DNA of 64,000 bases. Source: Candidatus Omnitrophota bacterium. GTDB taxonomy: Bacteria; Omnitrophota; Gorgyraeia; Pluralincolimonadales; Pluralincolimonadaceae. The stretch is from assembly GCA_003141835.1 (NCBI GenBank), contig PLNR01000002.1, forward strand, positions 14,026 through 78,025. The letters are read 5' to 3'. A program made the translations under genes and the position numbers. Shown in pieces: positions 25,743 through 35,659 of the stretch; positions within the stretch are counted from its first letter, which is position 1, and every line of letters starts with the position of its first letter. The notes under the pieces were generated by a model that saw nothing but the letters and a program-made list of their open reading frames with translations, was not told where the DNA came from and searched no databases.

Positions 25743-26851
25743 TATTTATAGCGTTGCGGTTTAAATACGAATAGAAGAACCAGCCCGGCGATCCACAAGA
25801 TGACAAGGAACGGCGTAGATCCGGCCAGTGAGTCTAAGTAATTAGGGATCCGGCTTTCAGCGGGGTGGAATTTCGCCGCTAGCAACACCGCCTGCGAAAC
25901 TCCTATCCCGAACAACATCCCGAATATTCCGGCAATGTTTATGATGTTGCCTTGTCCTGCCTTCCAAAGGCTTCCGATAAAACACCCGTCTGCAAAGATA
26001 AAACCGAAACCCATTAAAAATGACCCGGCCATCAGATAACCCGCCCCGGAGATATTTTTTTCGACTTCGATCGGGCCGAACAGGGACATCTTCATCCCTA
26101 TCTGGTAGAATAAAGCGAGGCACATGACGGTAAATAAAACGCTGCGCCAGACATACGAGGAACGCGAGATGAACCATTCCTTAAGCATGCTCGACATGCA
26201 TATCGTCCCTCTTTCAGCGACCGCGCCGAATACGAGAAGGAATAATACGGCGAAAACAAAACTTATCTTTCCCTGTGCGCCCAATTTTGAGAATGCCAGT
26301 ATCGCGGCGACAAAAAAAGCGAATAACCCTAAAGCCGCGTAAAAAACGGCCCTTTGGACGCCCTTATCCGCCAGCTCTCCGGGAATGAAAAAATCCTTCT
26401 TTACCATTGCCGTCTTCAAGGTGAGGAATTTCAACAGTTTTGACCCGAAAAATCCGCCCATCACCATGAAAACGGCGTATATCCAGCCCTTTGTTATCAT
26501 GAACGCCGTCAGGTTGAATATCCCGGCGAGGTTGAACAGCACGATCGAATAGACCGACATCGCGGCGACGGTCGCCCCGACGCCCATTATGAGCCCTCCG
26601 GCCAGCCCGTATATCAACGGCTCATAGGTAAGCGGCGTCTTTATCCCGAATTCGCCGAAGATAAAAGCGCTTACGAACGCGCCGAGAATGACAAACCCGA
26701 ATGTCAGGATCGGGTTTTCCAGCAATAAAACGACTGCGCTTTTCTTGTCGGCCAGGTAACTCTGGTTGAAATACCAGAAGACGATAAGCAATACCGCCAA
26801 TACGGGCCCGGTTATTGCATACGGCCAATGCCTAGCGTGATTTTTTCTCAT
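25739..26851 (-). CDS. YeeE/YedE-family membrane protein (thiosulfate/sulfur-compound transporter-like)
   Basis: Two internal repeats, each with a conserved Cys in a Gly-rich loop (AERGTICMSS; FADGCFIGSLWKAG). About 10 TM. Confidence 0.6.
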   Translation of the reverse strand: MRKNHARHWPYAITGPVLAVLLIVFWYFNQSYLADKKSAVVLLLENPILTFGFVILGAFVSAFIFGEFGIKTPLTYEPLIYGLAGGLIMGVGATVAAMSVYSIVLFNLAGIFNLTAFMITKGWIYAVFMVMGGFFGSKLLKFLTLKTAMVKKDFFIPGELADKGVQRAVFYAALGLFAFFVAAILAFSKLGAQGKISFVFAVLFLLVFGAVAERGTICMSSMLKEWFISRSSYVWRSVLFTVMCLALFYQIGMKMSLFGPIEVEKNISGAGYLMAGSFLMGFGFIFADGCFIGSLWKAGQGNIINIAGIFGMLFGIGVSQAVLLAAKFHPAESRIPNYLDSLAGSTPFLVILWIAGLVLLFVFKPQRYKY

Positions 26852-27686
26852 ATTCCTCTACGGCCTCCGGAATGGCCTTTATGAATTCCGAGATCTGGGT
26901 AGCCGGCGTACACCCGATCCTCTCCCCGATAAGGCGGTTGATCGTAAGCGCCTTAAGATCAGCGTCCGGGTCGCCTTTAAACCTCAGGGCCGAGAGCATC
27001 CCTGTTATGGTATCGCCTGTCCCGCCTATCGCTTCCATTGCCGGTATGTTAGGGCCGGTAACTTCATTTACCTTCGCGCCATCGCGATAAATGTAATCAA
27101 TGGCCCCTTTTATCACAGTCGTCTTTGCGGTATTTTTGTTATTATACGCCAGTCCGGCCAGTGATGCGACCGTCAAATTCTTATTTGCGATCTCTTCCCT
27201 TACGTAAAGCGGGTGGGGAGCCATTTCATCCGCGAGAAAATACAATTCACCCTGGTCCGGGGTAAATACGTCGAACTTATCCGCCAGTTTCGTGGTCTTC
27301 ATCAAATACATCCCGCCGGCATCGGCGATAAGCTGCGGCCTCTTCTTAAGCGAGTCGACTTTGGCAATAAACGGCCCGCCGTATCCCACTTTCGGGAACA
27401 TATAATGCAGGGTCACGACATCCGGGTCGTACTTATCGAGATTTTCGAAGACCTCATGGAACATCATGTTGGTGCCGACGCCATCTCCCGAATCCGCGCC
27501 GAATATGCATAGCGGCTTTTGGAGGCCGTAGAATTCGCATATCATGGCTGCAGATGCAGCCATCGCGGCCGTCCCTCTTTCTACGGGAAACTCAGTATCC
27601 CCTATCTTCAGGTTACCGCCGACGGCAGACGCGCTGCCGATATGCAGGCCTGATTTATTAGGTACGGTGCCGATGAGGACGAGCAT
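26832..27686 (-). CDS. YjeF_C-like carbohydrate-kinase-fold protein (NAD(P)HX-dehydratase family-like)
   Basis: VFTPDQGELYFL (compare TPHxGE) and KGAIDYIY.DG...AIGGTGDTITGMLSAL (compare GGSGDvLtG). Confidence 0.45.
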   Translation of the reverse strand: MLVLIGTVPNKSGLHIGSASAVGGNLKIGDTEFPVERGTAAMAASAAMICEFYGLQKPLCIFGADSGDGVGTNMMFHEVFENLDKYDPDVVTLHYMFPKVGYGGPFIAKVDSLKKRPQLIADAGGMYLMKTTKLADKFDVFTPDQGELYFLADEMAPHPLYVREEIANKNLTVASLAGLAYNNKNTAKTTVIKGAIDYIYRDGAKVNEVTGPNIPAMEAIGGTGDTITGMLSALRFKGDPDADLKALTINRLIGERIGCTPATQISEFIKAIPEAVEEYEKKSR

Positions 27687-28226
27687 CTATCCTTTTACCT
27701 TATTTTTTAACGCGTCGAAAGATATCTGAAGCATGTAAGAACAAAGGCTGTTGCCTAATTTTATCGGGTCTTCCGCCTCTTCGATCCTCCGGCCGTAGAG
27801 CTTTTCGGCCACATATGGGATATCAGGGCATCCCCCGCCCGAGATATTGACGATCTTGTGGCCCTTCTTCTCTATGGTTATCTTCATGTTGCCGGCCTTG
27901 CACATTACATATCCGTCGATTTCCGTAAAAGTCGACCTCTTCAGGATATCCGGCAGCATCTCTTTCGCGGAAACGATATTGTAATTCTGCGCTACAGGCT
28001 GCACTTTTATCGTGTTCTCGACCGCCTCCTGTTCGATAAGGTCGAACTCGACGGCGAGGTCGCAGCCTATCCTGAATTCCGGCGGCGGGGCGACAAGCCT
28101 GACAAGGAATCCTTTATCTTCGAGCATCTTATGGGTCTGGATGACCGCCTGGACGCTCCCGTAAAGGATGATCCCCTTAGGCTTGACGTAATTGGGTTCA
28201 AATATTTTTTTCAGCCAATTTGCCAT
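27687..28226 (-). CDS. DUF3343-domain (putative S/Se carrier-like) protein with C-terminal extension
   Basis: GIILYGSVQAVIQTHKMLEDKGFLVRLVAPPPEFRIGCDLAVEF resembles DUF3343. The pairing with YeeE is typical of this family. Confidence 0.5.
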   Translation of the reverse strand: MANWLKKIFEPNYVKPKGIILYGSVQAVIQTHKMLEDKGFLVRLVAPPPEFRIGCDLAVEFDLIEQEAVENTIKVQPVAQNYNIVSAKEMLPDILKRSTFTEIDGYVMCKAGNMKITIEKKGHKIVNISGGGCPDIPYVAEKLYGRRIEEAEDPIKLGNSLCSYMLQISFDALKNKVKG

Positions 28227-28228
28227 AT

Positions 28229-29089
28229 TTACCTGACCAGGTTAAAACCGAGACCTATTATACAATAAGCCAGGAAGGTATACCCCAGATAATAAAGGTA
28301 AAGCCTCCGCTTCAGGATCCTGTTTAATACCAACGCCGAAGGAAAACTTATCCCAGCGCCGGACATCATGAACGTCATCACGACCGCGCTGTTCATTCCC
28401 TTATCCGCCAGCGAGAAGCATATCGGCGCCAGGACGAGTATGTTCGAATATAACGGGAACCCGATAAGCGCGACCAGGGGTATCGCCAGCCATACGGGAA
28501 ACCCGTTGAAGCGCTCAATGAATTTTACCGGTACATAATTATGGATAAAACCGGCGATCACTGCGCCTAATACAAGCGGGACTATCAGGTTCTTCAATAA
28601 AGTGACGGAAAATTTCGCGGCATCCTTGCAGGCATTGCCGCTTTCGAGGCTGCCTTCTTTTGCCTTCTCCCTTATCCCGTCCTCCATCCCCAGCTTCGGG
28701 ACCAGGATGCCCCCCAACGTAGCGGCGAACAGTATCGAGGCCGTAAAATACACGGCGAATTTCCACCCGAAGAGAAAATATATCAATATTACCGCCGAAA
28801 TGTTGAGCAGGGGCGACGAAAAAAGGAACGCCATGGCCGGCCCGGTCTTGAGGCCCGTCTGTACCATGCCGGTAAAGACCGGTATCGTCGTGCAGACGCA
28901 GAAAGGCGTCACCGCCCCGATGACCGCCGAAATGAAATTGCTCACGACCGTCCCGCTCCCCTGCAGCCTGATAAATAACCTGTCCAGCGGCATCTTTCTC
29001 ATCGCGATCCGCGAGACGAACGAGACCGCGAAGAACATCACCACCAGGACCGCGAGAAACTCTATCATATTCTTCAGGATGCTGCTCAT
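28229..29089 (-). CDS. ArsP/DUF318-type permease (TPFCxC motif)
   Basis: GAVTPFCVCTTIP motif. About 8 TM. A two-repeat permease architecture. Confidence 0.55.
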   Translation of the reverse strand: MSSILKNMIEFLAVLVVMFFAVSFVSRIAMRKMPLDRLFIRLQGSGTVVSNFISAVIGAVTPFCVCTTIPVFTGMVQTGLKTGPAMAFLFSSPLLNISAVILIYFLFGWKFAVYFTASILFAATLGGILVPKLGMEDGIREKAKEGSLESGNACKDAAKFSVTLLKNLIVPLVLGAVIAGFIHNYVPVKFIERFNGFPVWLAIPLVALIGFPLYSNILVLAPICFSLADKGMNSAVVMTFMMSGAGISFPSALVLNRILKRRLYLYYLGYTFLAYCIIGLGFNLVR

Positions 29090-30471
29090 TTGCGCCTGTC
29101 CCGGTATATATTATTATAAACGCAGAAAGGGATAAGCTTGCCGTCGGGCTGTATGACGTGTATGCAGCACTTCATCGCCCTTTTTACGTCGAAAGTATAA
29201 GCGTCCATGAACGGTTTTACGACGATCCTGAAGACGTTGTCCTTGAGATGTTCAAGGGCGTCTTTATTGAACGGTATCCCGCAGACGCAGACAAAGTCCT
29301 TTAAGACGCTTGCCGAGTTAAAAGTCGCCGATGCCGACCACAGGCCTTCCAGGGCTTTCCTTAAAACAGGCGCCGGCGTGGTGATCAGCGTATTGCTGAA
29401 ATAATCCAGGTATTTTTCTATGTCAACCTTCCTTGTTATCGGCGTGACTCTACCGTCTTTTATAAATGCGTAGGTCAGGCTGCAGCACGTCGGATAAGGG
29501 CACGGCAGCGGTATGAAATCTGATACTTTAAAGAGCGACTTCGTCTGCTTATCTATCTCCTTGATGACATCCGGCAGCGTCAACCTGTCCATCGGGTCGA
29601 ATTCGATCTTTTCGTTCACGTATATCATCGGCTGGAATGTCACGCCCTTGACGAACTTGTTTTTCAGGCCGTAATTTATTATCTCCCCGACCTGGTTTTC
29701 GTTCAATCCCTTGGCGAGCGTCGCGACAAGCGTCGTCGGGATATTGTATTTTGAAATGTTCTCCAGGGCGCGCTGTTTCAACTTAAAGACTTCCTTGCTG
29801 CCGCGCAGGACCTCGTATATGCGCGGCTCAAAACCGTCAAATTGGAAATAAAGTTCAACGTTGCAATCGGCCAGTCTCCTTGCCAGATCCTCATCTTCGG
29901 CCAGCCTCACTCCGTTAGTGTTGATCATGAGGTGCTTTATCTTCTTGGAATGGGCCATCTCGATTATCTTGAACAGGTCGGGGTGGAGCGTCGGCTCTCC
30001 GCCGCTTATCTGCAGGACCTCAGGGCTCCCCTCGCACCTGACATAGCTATCGAGCATGAAATCTATCGTTTTCAGGTCGAGGTATTTGCTTCCGGTCGCT
30101 TTAGCGAAACAGGATGTGCAGCAGAGGTTGCAGCCGTCGGTTATCTCGAGAAGCGCCACGCAGGTATGCTGCTGGTGGTCCGGGCAGAGCCCGCAATCCT
30201 CAGGACAACCGTGCTTTACTTCGGAACCGTATTCGAGCGGCACCCTTCCCGGCTTATTGAATGCCAGGCTGTGCCTGTACATATTGACGTCGGAAGATAT
30301 CAACCCCTCGAACTCTCCGTGCTCGGCGCAGCGCTTGAACATATACACCTTCTCACCCCTGACCCTCACCTGCGCGTCCACGGTCTTCTTGCATACCGGG
30401 CAGATGCTCCGCGTCAGCTCGAGGAAGATGTAATCTTTTTCAAGTCGGCTTGTTTTCAGAAAATTTTTCAT
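29086..30471 (-). CDS. radical SAM protein with N-terminal zinc-ribbon and Cys-rich C-terminal (auxiliary-cluster-like) extension
   Basis: CNLCCTSC (CxxxCxxC), ISGGEPTLHPD and NTNG. N-terminal CPVCKK...C..HG. C-terminal PCPYPTCC, CVCG and CCIHV cysteines. Confidence 0.7.
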   Translation of the reverse strand: MKNFLKTSRLEKDYIFLELTRSICPVCKKTVDAQVRVRGEKVYMFKRCAEHGEFEGLISSDVNMYRHSLAFNKPGRVPLEYGSEVKHGCPEDCGLCPDHQQHTCVALLEITDGCNLCCTSCFAKATGSKYLDLKTIDFMLDSYVRCEGSPEVLQISGGEPTLHPDLFKIIEMAHSKKIKHLMINTNGVRLAEDEDLARRLADCNVELYFQFDGFEPRIYEVLRGSKEVFKLKQRALENISKYNIPTTLVATLAKGLNENQVGEIINYGLKNKFVKGVTFQPMIYVNEKIEFDPMDRLTLPDVIKEIDKQTKSLFKVSDFIPLPCPYPTCCSLTYAFIKDGRVTPITRKVDIEKYLDYFSNTLITTPAPVLRKALEGLWSASATFNSASVLKDFVCVCGIPFNKDALEHLKDNVFRIVVKPFMDAYTFDVKRAMKCCIHVIQPDGKLIPFCVYNNIYRDRRK

Positions 30472-30758
30472 TATCTAAAAAACATTCCTCTTAGTTGCAT
30501 GCCGAAAGCCGTTAACCCGCAGCCTCCGAAGACAGAAACCGGTATCAGGACTATAATCAATAAAAGGGCTATCATGACCCCTTTCAGCCCTTTGCCCCTG
30601 GCGGACCTAACGACCATGACAAGCCCTATCAGGAAGAATGCGCCGACAGATAACCACGAAAGAAGCATGGCGGCGCTTGAGTTCAAAAATCCGACAATGA
30701 ACGCAAATATCATAAAAATTGGGGCAATCTTTAAAACGAAGTTTTTGTCCATCTCCAT
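30471..30758 (-). CDS. small membrane protein (hypothetical)
   Basis: 95-aa ORF with three hydrophobic helices, wedged between the ICMT-like and radical SAM genes. Confidence 0.4.
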   Translation of the reverse strand: MEMDKNFVLKIAPIFMIFAFIVGFLNSSAAMLLSWLSVGAFFLIGLVMVVRSARGKGLKGVMIALLLIIVLIPVSVFGGCGLTAFGMQLRGMFFR

Positions 30759-30766
30759 CCTCCTTT

Positions 30767-31324
30767 TTAGAATATCCCCGGTACCAGCATTTTTACGCTT
30801 TTTATGTAACCGATATATTGCGGGAATTCTTCCTCCAACATCTCCTCTTCCTTCTTCGCCCTGAAATAATACGCAATGCCTACAACGGGTGAAAACAGCA
30901 GTATCATGTAATTAGATATAAGAAGTCCGGAGCCGACCAGGACGAGCATCATGAAGAAATACATCGGATGCCTGACGAACCTGTAAGGGCCGTTCATGAC
31001 CAGGGTGTGCCCCTCTTTTATCTCCGCCGAAATGGACCAGTTGCGCCGGAGAGTGAGCAAAGCCCATACATAGCCCGCGACCCCGGTAAACATGAGGATC
31101 GCACCGGCAGTTTCGCTGATGGCATTACCCTCGTACGTCCCTATGCGGCCCCTTACAAAGAACCACCCTAAGGCCACGGCGAAAGCCGCGATGACAAATA
31201 TGTTGTTGCCCGGGCCCGCCTTCTTCTTCGCTTTCCCGGAAAAAATTATCTGCGCCAATACGGCGGCGCCGAGGAGGAAACCCCAGCAAAATTCAAATAT
31301 CATTAACGGTATTTTGTTTGCCAT
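30767..31324 (-). CDS. ICMT/PEMT-family membrane methyltransferase
   Basis: The C-terminal region with RHPMY and a following E-rich segment is typical of the isoprenylcysteine carboxyl / phospholipid methyltransferase family. Confidence 0.6.
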   Translation of the reverse strand: MANKIPLMIFEFCWGFLLGAAVLAQIIFSGKAKKKAGPGNNIFVIAAFAVALGWFFVRGRIGTYEGNAISETAGAILMFTGVAGYVWALLTLRRNWSISAEIKEGHTLVMNGPYRFVRHPMYFFMMLVLVGSGLLISNYMILLFSPVVGIAYYFRAKKEEEMLEEEFPQYIGYIKSVKMLVPGIF

Positions 31325-31401
31325 GATATTTAATTAATGGATCACACCTTTTAATACCAAAATGCACGCGCCGAATAACAACAAGCCGGCTATGGGGATC
31401 G

Positions 31402-31725
31402 CTAGTGCGGTAAAAGTAAACCGCATGCTCCCATAATTAACAATATGGGTATTCCGATCGTGCCGATTATGCCGGAAGCGGCCGCCAACCCGGTAGCAAT
31501 AAATGCCCGCCTTTTACCCGCGTAGACCAGGATCAAGGCGTCGATCACGATCATTACTATTGCGATCACCGCTATGACCATTATTTTATTCCAAAAAGCG
31601 AAATACCAATCCATGGTGATCTTGAGCAAGAACGCAATAAGGGCGATCGCAGCCGGTATGGCTATGAAGCCTATTAGGAAATCTGCGGCTTTTTCTTTCC
31701 AGCTATTATAAATTTTCTTTTCCAT
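31402..31725 (-). CDS. small membrane protein (hypothetical)
   Basis: 107-aa hydrophobic ORF. Confidence 0.4.
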   Translation of the reverse strand: MEKKIYNSWKEKAADFLIGFIAIPAAIALIAFLLKITMDWYFAFWNKIMVIAVIAIVMIVIDALILVYAGKRRAFIATGLAAASGIIGTIGIPILLIMGACGLLLPH

Positions 31726-31798
31726 GTATACACCCTTTCAAATGATACGGCAGCTTCCCAGGATAACAATAAACTCAATAATTTTTCTTATTCCTGAT

Positions 31799-32476
31799 TT
31801 ATGGGTTCCGTTGCTCATCTCTAATAAACCTCCTTTTTAAAAGATATACCGCAACCCAACCAAAAACAACCGCCGATATGATCTGCGCCGAGTCGAGGCC
31901 AAAATAACCGCCCGTAGCGTCGGCGCGGAAAAACTCTATCCAGAACCTGAAGAACGTGTACGCCAGCAAGAAAATCCTGAATAAATCCCCTTCCGTTTTA
32001 ATGCCTGCCCGGATAGACCACAGGTAAAGAAAAAGTCCGAAACAAAACGCCGACTCAATCAACTGCGTCGGAAGGCCGTTTATCCCGTAGCAGCAGCCGT
32101 TAAAATAACAGCCTATCCTCCCTATCGCGATGCCAATAGCCAGGGCCGGGGCAAAGAGGTCACCTGTCGAACGGGTAAACTTAATTATCCTCTTGGTTAT
32201 CACTACTCCGAGATAACCGCCTATCAAGCCGCCGACAAGCGTCTTCCCGCCGATCTGGGGTATGAAAATATGGGACAGGTGCTTGGAAAAATAATCCCAA
32301 TACACAAAAAATACCGAACCCAGCTTGCTGCCTATCAACCCGCCGACAAGCGCCCCGAAGAAGATATAAAGGAGCGGCTCGAGGGATACCTTCTTCCGCC
32401 TTATCTCAAGAAAATACAGGCACAGTCCTGTCGCATACGCTATCGCGCTGAATAAACTATACGCCGGTAGATGCAT
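31799..32476 (-). CDS. Lgt-family (prolipoprotein diacylglyceryl transferase-like) membrane protein
   Basis: LAIGIAIGRIGCYFNGCCYG resembles the Lgt GRIGNFINGELWG signature but with Cys substitutions. 225 aa, polytopic. Confidence 0.5.
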   Translation of the reverse strand: MHLPAYSLFSAIAYATGLCLYFLEIRRKKVSLEPLLYIFFGALVGGLIGSKLGSVFFVYWDYFSKHLSHIFIPQIGGKTLVGGLIGGYLGVVITKRIIKFTRSTGDLFAPALAIGIAIGRIGCYFNGCCYGINGLPTQLIESAFCFGLFLYLWSIRAGIKTEGDLFRIFLLAYTFFRFWIEFFRADATGGYFGLDSAQIISAVVFGWVAVYLLKRRFIRDEQRNP

Positions 32477-34175
32477 CGCCTGTCAGCTCCTTGACCGCAT
32501 TCCTCTTTATCTTCCTCGTCGACGTCTTCGGCAGCTCGTCGAAATAAAGCATAAAATCCGGGATCTTCTTGTATTCGGCCAGGTCGTTACCCAGGCGGCT
32601 GAGTTCCGCCCCGATTTTTTTCTTAATAAGCTCTTTGTCCTTCTTCTCTTCCCCTTCAAACCGCTCGAGGTTTGGGACTATCACTGCAAACACTTCCTCA
32701 GTCCCGGCCTTAAGCCCCTCGGTCGCCTTCTTGCCGAGCACGCAGATCTCTTTAATGTACGGGCTGGCCGACATCACCTCTTCTATCTCCTCGGGAAAAA
32801 CCTTCTTGCCCCCGCCGAGGACTATCAGGTTCCTGATGCGGCCGGTAATATACAAAAACCCGTCTTTATCAAGCCTCCCGATGTCGCCCGTGTGCAGCCA
32901 CCCGTTTTTTATCATTTCGGACGTCTTCCCGGGATTTTTGTAGTATCCTTTCATGATGTGGTCACCGCGGGTCACTATCTCTCCTTCGTCCGTGGAAAAA
33001 GTCCCGTCCGGTTTCATGAGTTTTACTTCCACTCCGGGCAGCGGTTTGCCGACCGAGCCGTATTTGAGTTCTTCTAAAGTGTTTACCGTGATGACCGGGG
33101 ACGTCTCCGTGAGCCCGTAACCCTGGAGGATGTTAAATCCCATTGCGTTGAAATCTATCTCTACCGCCGGGTCGAGCGGCGCCCCGCCCGAGACAAAACC
33201 CCTGAGCATTCCCCCGAACTGGTCGTGCACTTTCCGGAAAAATAATTTCCCCGCCTTGATCTTGAACCGGAGCAAAAACCTGCACAGGTGGAGCATCCCG
33301 AAGAAGAGCTGTTTCCCCGGGAACGGCAATGATTGCGCTTTCTTTATTATCCCGCCGTGGAATATCTTCAGCACGAGCGGCACGGTTATCACGACTGTGG
33401 TGCGCGTTTCGTTCATGAGGGCCATGATATTTGCCGGCTTAAGGCTGTCGCAATAAGTGACCGTGGCGCCGACATAAAGCGGGGAAAGGAGCCCGCCGGT
33501 CATCTCGAGCATGTGGTTCAGCGGCAGCATCGAAAGGAAATTGTCCTCCTCGGAATAATGAACGATCCTGTTCAGCTCCTTCGCCTGGAATATGAGGTTT
33601 TTGTAAGTCAGTTCCACGCCTTTAGCTATGCCGGTCGTGCCCGACGTATACACGATAAGCGCGGTGTCCTCGAGGCCGATGGGAAGATATTTTTTATCCC
33701 CGTACCTTATCTTAAGGTCTTTAAGCTTTATTACGTCTTTACGGTCGGCATCATCCAGGAGAAATATGTGTTTTAGGCCGGGCAGTTTAGGTTTAATAGC
33801 GTCTATGACAGGCAGGTGTTTTTCCGAAACAAATATGAATTTTGCGCCGCTGTCGCTTAGTATGAATTCTATCTCCTTCTCGCTTAGTTTCGCGTCCATC
33901 GGCACCACTATCCCGCCGCATGAGATCACCCCAAAAAGCGCGATCGCCCATTCAGGCCTCGACTCCGAAAGTATCGCGGCCCTGTCACTCTTTTCGATCC
34001 CGAGCTTCAAAAGCGTCGACGAGACATCTACCGCCCTCTCGCCGAGCGGTACATACGACAGGCTGTTCCACCCATCCTTGGTCTTTATCTGGAGGGCGGT
34101 CTTCGAGAACCATCTCCTGTTTATGGATTCCATTATTTCATGTATGGAAAGATCTTCGAAATTAGGTCTGGGCAT
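32457..34175 (-). CDS. second long-chain acyl-CoA ligase (AMP-binding enzyme)
   Basis: YTSGTTGIAKGV, GYGLTETSP and a C-terminal PKTSTRKIKR. Confidence 0.85.
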   Translation of the reverse strand: MPRPNFEDLSIHEIMESINRRWFSKTALQIKTKDGWNSLSYVPLGERAVDVSSTLLKLGIEKSDRAAILSESRPEWAIALFGVISCGGIVVPMDAKLSEKEIEFILSDSGAKFIFVSEKHLPVIDAIKPKLPGLKHIFLLDDADRKDVIKLKDLKIRYGDKKYLPIGLEDTALIVYTSGTTGIAKGVELTYKNLIFQAKELNRIVHYSEEDNFLSMLPLNHMLEMTGGLLSPLYVGATVTYCDSLKPANIMALMNETRTTVVITVPLVLKIFHGGIIKKAQSLPFPGKQLFFGMLHLCRFLLRFKIKAGKLFFRKVHDQFGGMLRGFVSGGAPLDPAVEIDFNAMGFNILQGYGLTETSPVITVNTLEELKYGSVGKPLPGVEVKLMKPDGTFSTDEGEIVTRGDHIMKGYYKNPGKTSEMIKNGWLHTGDIGRLDKDGFLYITGRIRNLIVLGGGKKVFPEEIEEVMSASPYIKEICVLGKKATEGLKAGTEEVFAVIVPNLERFEGEEKKDKELIKKKIGAELSRLGNDLAEYKKIPDFMLYFDELPKTSTRKIKRNAVKELTGDASTGV

Positions 34176-34902
34176 CTTCTTTCGCCTCTTTATGCCTGTT
34201 CCTCACCGATTCCGCCGGTATGCCGTAATATATGTCGCGCGGCTCTACTTTAGTCCCTTTTCTCAATACGGCGCTCGCCCCGATTATGGCACTATCCCCG
34301 ATCTCGCATCCCGGCATTATGGTCGAATGGGAGCCTATGGTAACGTTCTTGCCTATCTTCACTTTCCTTAATTTCAATACTCCACGCTCGACGATGTGGC
34401 CGATGATTATCGCCCCTCCCCCGATTACTGTATTGTCCCCGATCTCAAGAAGGGTAGCGTCGAAAACAAATTTCGAATTTATCTGGACATTCTTGCCCAG
34501 TTTTGCGCCGAGCAGCCGCAAAAAAATGTTCGAGAAAGGCGTGAGGAGGATGAAATCTATGAAAGTAAAATTAACGAGAAGGTAGAGCGCGCTGACGAAC
34601 GCCCATTTGAAAGCCTCGGCTGAAAATAGCGGGTAATTGCCTTCCTTTAGCCGGATAAAAAATACCGTGCGGAAAAGCCCGACCAATAAAATAAGCGTCA
34701 ACCCGAAAAGGAAATATCCGCCGGCCAGAGAAAGTCCCAACAGCAAGTATTTGACGGCCAAGGGCATATTCTGGGCGAATGACCAGGTCTTAAAGAACAG
34801 CGCGATCCCGGGAATAAGCGCTAAACCAAAAAAAACAGTGCCTATCAAATACATTACGACTGAACTCAGCAGTTGGACCAATGACACAAACAACCATTTC
34901 AT
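34162..34902 (-). CDS. membrane-anchored hexapeptide-repeat (left-handed beta-helix) acyl/acetyltransferase
   Basis: N-terminal TM helices. C-terminal IGDNTVIGGGAIIIGHIV...IGKNVTIGSHSTIMPGCEIGDSAIIGASAV hexapeptide repeats. Confidence 0.7.
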   Translation of the reverse strand: MKWLFVSLVQLLSSVVMYLIGTVFFGLALIPGIALFFKTWSFAQNMPLAVKYLLLGLSLAGGYFLFGLTLILLVGLFRTVFFIRLKEGNYPLFSAEAFKWAFVSALYLLVNFTFIDFILLTPFSNIFLRLLGAKLGKNVQINSKFVFDATLLEIGDNTVIGGGAIIIGHIVERGVLKLRKVKIGKNVTIGSHSTIMPGCEIGDSAIIGASAVLRKGTKVEPRDIYYGIPAESVRNRHKEAKEDAQT

Positions 34903-34915
34903 AGGCGATCTCCTT

Positions 34916-35659
34916 TTACAGGGTCTCTTTAAACCAATTCGAGACCAGCTCTTTCATCCTCTCCGGGTACTCCTCGATAAGCCGTTCTGCGTGAAGGCCT
35001 TTGGGAATTATGGCCAGCTTCTTGTCCTTGGCCGTCGCGGCATCATAAAGTTTTTTTGAATGGTAATCCTTTATGACCCAGTCCCTGTCGCCGTGTATGA
35101 ATAACATGGGCACTTTAATACCGGCGATGCGGTCTATCGGCCTGACCTTAGGCAAAAAGATGCTGCCGGGCCTCACGCCTTTGCCTTCCCACTTGCATTC
35201 TAAATTAGCTTTAAGGTCGGAAAGCATGCCGGGTTCCCAAAAATTATAATCCATCCTCCAAAAACCGGTCGGCGCGCTGACAAGTACCAGGCTTTTTACC
35301 TCCGGCCGCCTGGCCGCGATGATTATCGATATCGCCGCGCCTAACGAAAACCCCATCAGGCCGATCTTTTTATACCCCTGGCTTACCGCATAATCCAGTA
35401 CCGCTTCGAGATCTAACGGCTCTTTCGCCGTCCAGGCGAATTTACCGCCGCTCTCGCCGTGCCCGCGGAAATCGAAGATCATCACGTCATGCGAATCCGC
35501 GACAAGCCCGATCGACAGCCTTATGGCGCTGTTACTCTTGCTGTTGAAAAATCCCGGGCAGATGATAACGAGTGAATCGCGGCCGTTCTTGAAATGCTCG
35601 TAGGCGATTTCCACGCCGTCGACCGTAGTCAGCCTGCCGGATAATACGTGGTTCGTCAT
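34916..35659 (-). CDS. alpha/beta hydrolase (GFSLGA nucleophile elbow)
   Basis: RGHGESGG...GFSLGAAISI...HGDRD. Start overlaps the upstream stop (ATGA). Confidence 0.7.
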   Translation of the reverse strand: MTNHVLSGRLTTVDGVEIAYEHFKNGRDSLVIICPGFFNSKSNSAIRLSIGLVADSHDVMIFDFRGHGESGGKFAWTAKEPLDLEAVLDYAVSQGYKKIGLMGFSLGAAISIIIAARRPEVKSLVLVSAPTGFWRMDYNFWEPGMLSDLKANLECKWEGKGVRPGSIFLPKVRPIDRIAGIKVPMLFIHGDRDWVIKDYHSKKLYDAATAKDKKLAIIPKGLHAERLIEEYPERMKELVSNWFKETL

